Assembly (NCBI RefSeq): GCF_011065935.2 | Contig: NZ_JAAMNH020000001.1 | Coordinates: 1,658,489 to 1,690,488 of the forward strand | Source of the DNA: Clostridium estertheticum | GTDB taxonomy: Bacteria; Bacillota; Clostridia; Clostridiales; Clostridiaceae | Reading direction: 5' to 3' | DNA length: 32,000 nucleotides | Shown here: positions 18,185 through 25,924 of the stretch, piece by piece | How positions within the stretch are numbered: position 1 is the first letter of the stretch | How the letters are laid out: each line of letters starts with the position of its first letter | Translations under genes and position numbers: made by a program | The notes under the pieces: model-generated | Told to the model about the DNA's origin: nothing | The model's database searches: none | The model's input: only the letters and a program-made list of their open reading frames with translations

Positions 18185-18231
18185 TTTTTTCTTATATTAT
18201 GGTATTATGAAAAGTATAATATAAGAAAAAA
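18185..18231 (+). terminator. AT-rich 16-bp inverted repeat just after ydcF (probable terminator)
   Basis: ttttttcttatattat / ataatataagaaaaaa with a 15-nt loop. Confidence 0.45.
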
Positions 18232-18775
18232 TTAGTTATTTAATTGTAATTTCAGTTATTGATTATATTATCGTAAACTAAGGTATCTATTGCATAAGCT
18301 ATCATAATTTTAATTTTAATTGTAGAAAATATGCAAATATATGAATAGTTATTCATTAAGATTTATTCAGAAATTAATTTTAATTCAATTACAAGAAAAT
18401 ATCATTGGATTAAATGGCTCAATTACATGATTTTAGAACTTACAAAATTGTTATTATTTTAAAAATATTAAAACAGGCTATTGGCTTATGAATTAAAATG
18501 TAACACGATGTATAAAAGCTAATGATTTATTTGATAATATATTACTTGTAGATAATTTGATTACTAGTGAGGAAGCTAAAAATATTACTTATTATAAAGA
18601 AATTACTAAAATGAAATTACAATGATGTTACCTTCCTTATATCGGTTAAATATGAGATTTCCTATTATCTTAATTCATTCCAAATACATATTCTATTTTT
18701 ATACATTTTTTCATATAGAGTTAATAAATATGACTTTATAGTAGAGAAGATAATATAATAAGGCTCAAAAAAATA

Positions 18776-18801
18776 AAAACCCCAATTTACCTTGGGGTTT
18801 T
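18776..18801. terminator. Orphan strong hairpin terminator inside an ORF-free region
   Basis: aaaaccccaa tttacc ttggggtttt. T-runs lie on both sides and are stronger for the minus strand. No adjacent ORF of 60 codons or more on either strand. Confidence 0.6.
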
Positions 18802-19086
18802 TACTATTTGAAAGAGCTTTTAGAGAATATGATTTAGTATAACTGAGTGAGTTGGAAAATGAAGTTTATTTGTTAGGAGAATAAAATAAAATCCACTTAA
18901 CATTTAATAGTTTCGCCATATTATTTTTATTTAAACATGCGTGAATAATTATTATACAAAAAAATAATTAATATCTATTTCACCTATAACTCTTATTATA
19001 AAAATACATTTATTAAAATTAAAAGTTATACTATAATAAGTTTATATGTATCTGAGTTTTTATACAATTATTAGGAGGGAATAGCT

Positions 19087-20229
19087 ATGAATTTAGATGG
19101 AATAGAAAACAAGGCTTGTTGAGATCCGGATACCAAAAATTCCAGGGTGGGATTGAAAAAAGCCATTAGTACAGAAGTAAAATATATAAATATAGAATAT
19201 TTAGTAGAAGAGGAATTGCAATTATCATTAGGAAAGATAAAAAAGATAAGTACCAGCCTAACTAAAAAAGATATACTAGGTGGTTTGGGAATAAGATTAA
19301 ACATTAACAGAAATAATTATGCTATAGAGCCAGGACTATATGCGATAGGGAGTCCTGATGAAAATTCACCAGTGCTTGTAAGTGCTAATTATAAATTCAC
19401 CTTTGATAAGTTAAGGAAGGAACTCGTGAGTTTAAATTTATGGCTTCTTATTATTGATACAAAGGGCATAAATGTTTGGTGTGCTGCAGGGAAAGGAACT
19501 TTTTCAGAACAGATAATTTTAAAAGCAATGAGAGCAACTAAGCTGGATAAAGTAGTAAAGAATAAGACGCTAATATTACCACAGCTTGCAGCACCTGGAG
19601 TTTCAGCTCATACAATAACTAAATATACGGGTTTTAAGGTTATTTATGGACCGGTAGCGGCAGTTGACATCCCAGAATTTTTGCTAAAGGGATATGAGAC
19701 TACACCTAATATGAGAAAAGTTAAATTTAATATAGTAGATAGGGCTGTTTTAACGCCAGTGGAAACTATTCAAAGTATAAAATATTTTCCCATAGTAATA
19801 TTATTATTTTTAATTACAAACACTATATCCAGCAATAATCTAAGCTTTTTAGAGATATTTAAATTAAGTATGATAAATAGTACTCCATATCTAATAGCTA
19901 TTTTACTGGGCACAGTGATGATACCTATATTTTTGCCTATAATTCCATTTAAATCCTTTGCGCTAAAAGGAGCTATTGTTGGACTGATTTTGTCTATATT
20001 AACAATATATTTTAGTAGTACATTTTTATTTATTGACTCGTTAATGGTGATGGTATCTAACACATTATTATTAACTTCTATAACTACCTATTTAGGCTTG
20101 AACTTCACGGGGTCAAGCACATACACATCCTTTTCAGGGGTATTAAAGGAAACAATTTGGGCAATGCCTATAGTGATTGTGTCTTCAGTTATAGGAGTAA
20201 TACTTATGATTGTTTCAAGCATAATATAA
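19087..20229 (+). CDS. hgcA: Mercury methylation corrinoid protein HgcA. The proposed start is ATG 19087, with an in-frame TGA (19120-19122) read as selenocysteine. The conservative alternative is GTG 19147-20229.
   Basis: The cap-helix signature is GINVWCAAGKGTF. The flanking corrinoid-binding-domain conservation is present (EPGLYAIGSPDENSPVLVSANYKFTFDKLRKEL ... ILPQLAAPGVSAHTITKYTGFKVIYGP). The C-terminal multi-TM domain spans roughly 19770-20229. The only good SD (aggaggg, 7-nt spacer) precedes ATG 19087, which is in frame with the body. Confidence 0.9.
19138..19154 (+). promoter_or_regulatory. Candidate SECIS-like hairpin downstream of the hgcA in-frame TGA
   Basis: AAUUCC-AGGGU-GGGAUU is a 6-bp stem including one G.U pair. 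The loop starts 21 nt after the UGA and is G-rich. Confidence 0.35.
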
Positions 20230-20251
20230 TTGAAAAGGGGGTAGAATAAAA

Positions 20252-20512
20252 ATGAAATATCTAAAGAATGTAGCTTCTATAGTGTTTTATGAGGAGAAAT
20301 GCATTGCTTGCGGAATGTGCATAAAAGTTTGCCCTCATGAAGTATTTATATTTGAAATTAATAAAATAAAATTAGATAAAAGGGACCTTTGCATGGAGTG
20401 TGGAGCTTGTAGTAAAAATTGTCCGGTGTATGCCATTGAAGTAAAACAAGGCGTTGGATGAGCTTATGCTATCCTAAAAGGAATGCTCACTGGTAGTGAG
20501 CCTAGATGTTAA
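20252..20512 (+). CDS. hgcB: Mercury methylation ferredoxin HgcB (2x[4Fe-4S]). The proposed read-through of the in-frame TGA 20459-20461 as selenocysteine gives 86 aa. The conservative alternative is 20252-20461.
   Basis: It has two CX2CX2CX3CP motifs (CIACGMCIKVCP; CMECGACSKNCP), including the HgcB-diagnostic CMECGAC. The TGA falls in GVG-TGA-AYAILKGMLTGSEPRC, where HgcB proteins carry a conserved Cys followed by a tail ending in Cys. The gene lies 22 nt downstream of hgcA. Confidence 0.85.
20485..20501 (+). promoter_or_regulatory. Candidate SECIS-like hairpin downstream of the hgcB in-frame TGA
   Basis: GCUCAC-UGGUA-GUGAGC is a perfect 6-bp GC-rich stem. The loop starts 29 nt after the UGA and contains GGU. 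Confidence 0.45.
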
Positions 20513-20523
20513 CATATAAAAAA

Positions 20524-20560
20524 TAGGAATATAAGAGTAAATCTTATGTTCCTGTTTTTT
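20524..20560 (+). terminator. Rho-independent terminator after hgcB (copy 1 of a repeated terminator)
   Basis: aggaatataaga gtaaa tcttatgttcct followed by gttttttt. Its 3' 31 nt are identical to 24550-24580. Confidence 0.8.
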
Positions 20561-20623
20561 TATATTTAAGATCATTTAATCATTACTAAAAAAATGCAGA
20601 ATCTTTATTTTTTAAACCTTTTT

Positions 20624-20666
20624 CTGTAACACAATAACATAAATAGTAATAGTATATACTATAAAT
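20624..20666 (+). promoter_or_regulatory. Conserved 43-nt upstream box, copy 1 (putative shared promoter/operator of the paralog family)
   Basis: ctgtaacacaataacataaatagtaatagtatatactataaat is 39/43 identical to 23558-23600 and lies 148 nt upstream of ATG 20814. Confidence 0.5.
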
Positions 20667-20813
20667 TACACTATAAATATTACGTTTTACAGAGCGTATC
20701 ACCGCATCTTTAGCATTAAGAGTAGAGTCGGAATGTAGTGGATTTAGTGTAATCGATATATAAAAGATTCACAAATTATATTTTGTTAAATTAAAAGGAG
20801 GATAATATTATTT

Positions 20814-21623
20814 ATGAATATTAATTATAAATATAAAGATAGTAGTGAAGTAAGCAATTGTAATGATTCTCAAACTGCAGTTTGTTCTTTAGAAAGAAAT
20901 GCTTGTGCAACCGTTACTACTCAAGCTGAATCAATAACTGAACAAATGGATGTAACACCTGCTGTTATTGCTGCAGGACATGTAGTAGTTAAAGTCCCTG
21001 TTGTAATAGCAGAGACAAATATAACAATCCCTGTAGAAGCTACTATCACATTAGACCAAACAGTAATGGAAATTAAACGTATTAAAAAGAATGTATTTTT
21101 AACTCAATCTCGTCTTATTCCTTTTTCTCAAGACGGTCGTAATTGTACTGGGATATTATTTATAGCAGGGTTTATTAGAAAGAATATTGAGTATGCAACA
21201 CAAACTTGTCCATCAGGTACAAATGTAAATATATGTGGAGATATAAGGCACTGTACAGTTCAAGTTCCTTTTAATTTCACTACTAGAGTTACTTTCCTTA
21301 GACCACCTATTTTTACTGAAAACACTACTGTAAGTGAACTAGAATTCTTTACAGATAAACTTGAAGGCTGCGATGTTTGTGCAGATCCAGTGCTTGGACG
21401 TAATCCTTGCGATCAAAATTTCTCATTCACAGAATTCTTTAATGAAAAACCTTTTGTTGAATTAGTAAGGGCAGATATTACTGAAATTGATATTCACACA
21501 AATCCAACTTCAGACTGCCATACTCCTACAGAGCAAAGGTTCACGGAACTCACCGAAAAAATAGTAGTTAATTTAACATTAAAAGTTTTACAAAACCAAC
21601 AGATAAGAATTACAGCAGTATAA
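20814..21623 (+). CDS. Cys-rich paralog family protein P1 (269 aa), function unknown; possibly a spore-surface/coat-type protein
   Basis: SD aaaggagg lies upstream. It has 11 Cys, is about 80% identical to P3 (23677-24495), and shares its core with the C-terminus of P2. The beta-strand-rich pattern is VVVKVPVVIAETNITIPVEATITL...EIKRIKKNVFLTQSRLIP...GILFIAGFIRKNIEYA. Confidence 0.8.
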   Translation: MNINYKYKDSSEVSNCNDSQTAVCSLERNACATVTTQAESITEQMDVTPAVIAAGHVVVKVPVVIAETNITIPVEATITLDQTVMEIKRIKKNVFLTQSRLIPFSQDGRNCTGILFIAGFIRKNIEYATQTCPSGTNVNICGDIRHCTVQVPFNFTTRVTFLRPPIFTENTTVSELEFFTDKLEGCDVCADPVLGRNPCDQNFSFTEFFNEKPFVELVRADITEIDIHTNPTSDCHTPTEQRFTELTEKIVVNLTLKVLQNQQIRITAV

Positions 21624-21662
21624 TCATTAGTTAGTTTAGATACTAATTAATTTATATGCTCT

Positions 21663-21696
21663 AGACCCAAAGCTTACTAAGAGTGGTTTTGGGTCT
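21663..21696 (+). terminator. Rho-independent terminator of P1
   Basis: agacccaaa ... tttgggtct followed by gtttctt. Confidence 0.75.
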
Positions 21697-21790
21697 GTTT
21701 CTTAGGAAGATGAAAATATTGTCACATACGAAAGAAATAATACCTTTAAAGTGTTTTAAATTTTAGCATTTTTAATAAGGAGGAGAAGTT

Positions 21791-23551
21791 GTGTCCAGAA
21801 TAAACCATTCATTGGAATATGATGATATCCGACATAAGAGAAAATGTGATGAAGAACAACATAAAAAGGAGCACAATGATGATCAGCATAAGAGGAAAAA
21901 AGATGAAAAACAACATAAAAAGGAGCATAATGATGATCGGCATAAGAGGAAAAAAGATGAAGAACAACATAAAAAGGAACATAATGATGATCGGCATAAG
22001 AGGAAAAAAGATGAAGAACATCATAAAAAGGAGCATAATAATGATCTGCATAAAAGAAAACATCTCGAAAAAGATCATGACGAAGTAGATCAAAAAAAGA
22101 ATCATGATAAAAATTATTTTATAGAAAGAGATCTATTTAATTTTTTTAAAACGTTTATTGCAGAAAATAATAACTATGTTCCCTTAGATAATAATTTAAA
22201 AGACAAAAACCGTAATTTATCCAAGGAGGATGACTTAGAAAATAATGTAGAAGACGAAAACTGTAATTTAACTAAGCAGGATGGCTTAGAAAACAATGTG
22301 GAAGATAAAAACTGTAATTTATCCAAGGAGGATGACTTAGAAAATAATGTAGAAGACGAAAACTGTAATTTAAGTAAGCAGGATGGCTTAGAAAACAATG
22401 TAGAAGATAAAAACTGTAACTTATCCAAGGAGGATGACTTAGAAAATAATGTAGAAGATGAAAACTGTAATTTAACTAAGCAGGATGGCTTAGAAAACAA
22501 TGTAGAAGATAAAAACTGTAACTTATCCAAGGAGGATGACTTCGAAAATAATATAGAAGATGAAAATTGCAATTTAGCTAAGCAGGATGGCTTAGAAAAC
22601 AATATAGAAGATAAAAACTGTAATTTATTCAAGGAGGATGACTTAGAAAATAATATAGAAGATGAAAATTGCAATTTATCCAAGGAGGACGGTCTAGAAA
22701 ATGACAATTATACTTGTTTTGAAGATCTATATAATGAAGAGTTCCTAGAAGAAAAGTATAATACCATTGCAAAAGAAGAGTTATCTAAAGAAACCTATAA
22801 AAATCAAGTGGATGAGGTTAGAATTATGAATTGTAAAACAACGGTTATTTCTGAAACTCTTCCCCTTTGTGAAAATATTACTCATACTTCTGAAGTCACT
22901 GTAGAGCCTGTAACAGTAAAAATTCCAGTAGTGTTAACAGAATGTACTGTAACTATTACTATTGAGTCTTCTCTTAAGCTAGAGGATGTTGTATTAGAAA
23001 TTAAACACATTAGAAAAAATGTATATTTAAATCAGTGCGAACTTATTCCTAACTCTGAAGATGGCAAACCCAATACGGGAATACTATTTATAGATGGATT
23101 TATTAGTAAGAATATAGAATACACCACTAAAGACCATAATGATAATGGAGTATCATGCGGAATGGTTAAACATGCTACAGTTAAGGTTCCTTTTAAATGC
23201 ACTACTAGAGTTACGTTCAAGACCCACCCTAAGTTTAAACATAATACTCATCAAGATGAAATGAAAATACTACAAACTAGCATTAAAATTTTCGATACCT
23301 GTGAAGAAGATATAATTGGAGGAGATATTCGAGAACAAAGTTTTAAAATCATGGAATATTTCAATGAAAAAGTTTTCTGCGAATTAATTAGTGCTGAAAT
23401 TGTTGAATCTGACATTCTTGAAAATCCAATAAAGGGGGAGGGTAAAATACCTTTAGAACAAGGATTTCATGACATTACTGAAAAGGTAGTGCTATCTCTA
23501 ACAATAAAATTATTACAAAATCAACATGTAGATATTGCAAAAAAAGATTAG
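21791..23551 (+). CDS. Paralog family protein P2 (586 aa): His/Lys-rich repeats, then acidic Cys-containing repeats, then the family core domain
   Basis: The GTG start has SD aaggaggag at a 7-nt spacing. The N-terminal region holds two tandem repeat arrays. The C-terminal roughly 240 aa align with P1/P3 (VKIPVVLTECTVTITIESSLKL...EIKHIRKNVYLNQCELIP...GILFIDGFISKNIEYT...EKVVLSLTIKLLQNQ). Confidence 0.8.
   Translation: MSRINHSLEYDDIRHKRKCDEEQHKKEHNDDQHKRKKDEKQHKKEHNDDRHKRKKDEEQHKKEHNDDRHKRKKDEEHHKKEHNNDLHKRKHLEKDHDEVDQKKNHDKNYFIERDLFNFFKTFIAENNNYVPLDNNLKDKNRNLSKEDDLENNVEDENCNLTKQDGLENNVEDKNCNLSKEDDLENNVEDENCNLSKQDGLENNVEDKNCNLSKEDDLENNVEDENCNLTKQDGLENNVEDKNCNLSKEDDFENNIEDENCNLAKQDGLENNIEDKNCNLFKEDDLENNIEDENCNLSKEDGLENDNYTCFEDLYNEEFLEEKYNTIAKEELSKETYKNQVDEVRIMNCKTTVISETLPLCENITHTSEVTVEPVTVKIPVVLTECTVTITIESSLKLEDVVLEIKHIRKNVYLNQCELIPNSEDGKPNTGILFIDGFISKNIEYTTKDHNDNGVSCGMVKHATVKVPFKCTTRVTFKTHPKFKHNTHQDEMKILQTSIKIFDTCEEDIIGGDIREQSFKIMEYFNEKVFCELISAEIVESDILENPIKGEGKIPLEQGFHDITEKVVLSLTIKLLQNQHVDIAKKD
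21833..22085 (+). repeat. 54-nt in-frame tandem repeat, about 4.5 copies (HKRKKDEEQHKKEHNDDR units)
   Basis: Units start at 21833, 21887, 21941, 21995 and 22049 (the last degenerate). They are near-identical at the DNA level. Confidence 0.9.
22208..22717 (+). repeat. 51-nt in-frame tandem repeat, about 10 copies, alternating two subtypes (102-nt super-unit)
   Basis: It encodes NCNLSKEDDLENNVEDE / NCNLTKQDGLENNVEDK alternately, with one Cys per unit. It generates spurious ORFs on the opposite strand (22174-22707). Confidence 0.92.
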
Positions 23552-23557
23552 CAGGGT

Positions 23558-23600
23558 CTGTAACGCAAAAACATAAATTGCAATAGTATATACTATAAAT
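23558..23600 (+). promoter_or_regulatory. Conserved 43-nt upstream box, copy 2
   Basis: ctgtaacgcaaaaacataaattgcaatagtatatactataaat lies 77 nt upstream of ATG 23677. Confidence 0.5.
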
Positions 23601-23676
23601 CTTTTATTTTACCAGTAGTTCACGAACTCTTCAACCATACGTACACTTTCGTTAATTCAAAGGAGGGTAATTTATT

Positions 23677-24495
23677 ATGAATATTAATTCTAAATCAAAT
23701 CAAGATAATCAAATTAACACAGGTAATGATTCTTACATTGCAGATATTGCAGATTGTTCTTTAAAAAGCAATCAATGTGCTACGGTTACTACTCAAGCTG
23801 AAACAATAACTGAAGAAATTGATGTAACTCCTACTGTTATTTGTGCTGGAAATGTAGTTGTTAAGCTACCAGTTGTACTAGCAGAGACAAAAATAGTAAT
23901 TCCTGTTGAAGCTACTATAACATTTGACCAGGAAGTTATAGAGATTAAACGTACTAAAAAGAATGTATTTTTAACTCAATCTCGTTTAATTCCATTTTCT
24001 CAAGACAGCCGTACTGGCACTGGGATATTATTTATAGCTGGTTTTGTTAGAAAGAATATTGAGTATGCAACTCAAACTTGCCCGTCAGATACAAATATAA
24101 ATGTATGTGGAGATATAAGGCACTGTACAGTTCAAGTTCCTTTTAACTTCACTACTAGAGTTACTTTCCTTAGGCAACCTGTTTTTAATGAAAACACTAC
24201 TCCAAGTGAAATAGAATTTTTTACAGATAAACTTGCAGGCTGCGATGCTTGTGAAGATCCAGTACTTGGACGTAATCCATGCGATCAGAGTTTCTTTATT
24301 ACAGAATTCTATAATGAGAAACCTTATGTTGAATTAGTAAGGGCAGATGTTACTGAAGTTGATATTCACACAAATCCAAGGTCAAGGTGCGAAACTTCTA
24401 CAAAGCAAAGTTTTACACAGCTCACTGAAAAAGTAGTGGTAAATTTAACACTTAAAGTATTACAAAATCAACAGGTAAGGATTTCTGCAGTCTAA
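23677..24495 (+). CDS. Cys-rich paralog family protein P3 (272 aa)
   Basis: SD aaaggaggg lies upstream. It has 10 Cys and is collinear with P1 at high identity, including at the DNA level in the central region. Confidence 0.8.
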   Translation: MNINSKSNQDNQINTGNDSYIADIADCSLKSNQCATVTTQAETITEEIDVTPTVICAGNVVVKLPVVLAETKIVIPVEATITFDQEVIEIKRTKKNVFLTQSRLIPFSQDSRTGTGILFIAGFVRKNIEYATQTCPSDTNINVCGDIRHCTVQVPFNFTTRVTFLRQPVFNENTTPSEIEFFTDKLAGCDACEDPVLGRNPCDQSFFITEFYNEKPYVELVRADVTEVDIHTNPRSRCETSTKQSFTQLTEKVVVNLTLKVLQNQQVRISAV

Positions 24496-24540
24496 TACAT
24501 GTCTACCATAACTACATGATATTGGTAGAATACAAAAAAA

Positions 24541-24580
24541 ACAGTAAACATAAGAGTAAATCTTATGTTCCTGTTTTTTT
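24541..24580 (+). terminator. Rho-independent terminator after P3 (copy 2 of the repeated terminator)
   Basis: aacataaga gtaaa tcttatgtt within acag...cctgt, followed by tttttttt. Positions 24550-24580 are identical to 20530-20560. Confidence 0.8.
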
Positions 24581-24653
24581 TGAAGAGCCTGTAAAAATTC
24601 TTTCTGTAATTCATGGATACACCTTATTTTTGTACAATGTTAATAAAGATTTA

Positions 24654-25220
<567 letters not shown>

Positions 25221-25604
25221 AGAAAAATACTCCTTTCTTATAGAAATTATTCTTTAAATTTGTTATGTATTTAACTATAATTAAAAATCTACTAAGGACG
25301 CTTAATTAAAGACTTCAAAAGTCCCAATAATTACTATAAGGGCGAGAGTAGTTTTGTTTATTTTCCAAATGTAATTTCTCTTTTTATTTAGGCATTAAGG
25401 CCTACTTTATAATATGTGGAAAATAAAAAAAGAGTTACTTTAAATATGGAAACATTCTAAACTTCAAATAAGGAAGATAAAAGTATAGAATAGTTGAAAT
25501 AATATAGGTAAATGCAGTAATATATAAACAAGTAGTATATAATAGTCTTGTAGTAATTCGCAGAAAATAAAATAAACTTGATTAAAACAGTGGAGTTGGT
25601 AATT

Positions 25605-25922
25605 ATGTCAGAGCAAAATATTTTTGATGAAAAAGTTAATATTAAAGAAAAGGTAGAAATTAACATTAAGGAACCTAATAAGTACAACGTAATCATTCAT
25701 AATGATGATTATACAAGCATGGAGTTTGTTGTGCAGGTTTTAGTTGGAGTTTTTAAAAAACAGGTTGTGGAAGCCACAAAAATTATGTTTGATGTTCATA
25801 AAAAAGGTAGAGGCATTGCAGGAATATATAGCTATGATGTAGGCGTAACAAAAATCATCCAAGCTATGGAGATGTGCGAAGAGAGTGGTTTCCCATTAAA
25901 ATTAACCCTAGAAGAGGAGTAA
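25605..25922 (+). CDS. clpS: ATP-dependent Clp protease adaptor ClpS
   Basis: NVIIHNDDYTSMEFVVQVLVGVFKK...ATKIMFDVHKKGRGIAGIYSYDV is the ClpS core. I prefer ATG 25605 (SD ggag upstream) over the track's TTG 25578. Confidence 0.9.
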   Translation: MSEQNIFDEKVNIKEKVEINIKEPNKYNVIIHNDDYTSMEFVVQVLVGVFKKQVVEATKIMFDVHKKGRGIAGIYSYDVGVTKIIQAMEMCEESGFPLKLTLEEE

Positions 25923-25924
25923 TT

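Noticed and set aside
18171-19086. A possible cobalamin riboswitch or selC (tRNA-Sec) upstream of the corrinoid protein gene hgcA.
   Set aside because: I looked for a B12-box-like GC-rich core and for any tRNA-like GC-rich segment. The region is almost uniformly AT-rich and shows neither.
19071-19304. 77-aa minus-strand ORF overlapping the 5' end of hgcA.
   Set aside because: It is antisense to a confidently identified conserved gene, with no SD and no recognisable product.
22174-22707. 177-aa minus-strand ORF, together with 21809-22105 (-) and 21819-22088 (+), inside the P2 repeat region.
   Set aside because: These are mirror or alternate-frame artefacts of the 51-nt and 54-nt tandem repeats. 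They have no SD and are entirely nested in the P2 coding frame, which continues into a conserved domain.
22208-22717. A regularly spaced repeat array that superficially resembles a CRISPR locus.
   Set aside because: The units are contiguous with no unique spacers. The period is 51 nt in a single long open reading frame, and no cas genes are nearby. It is a coding tandem repeat.
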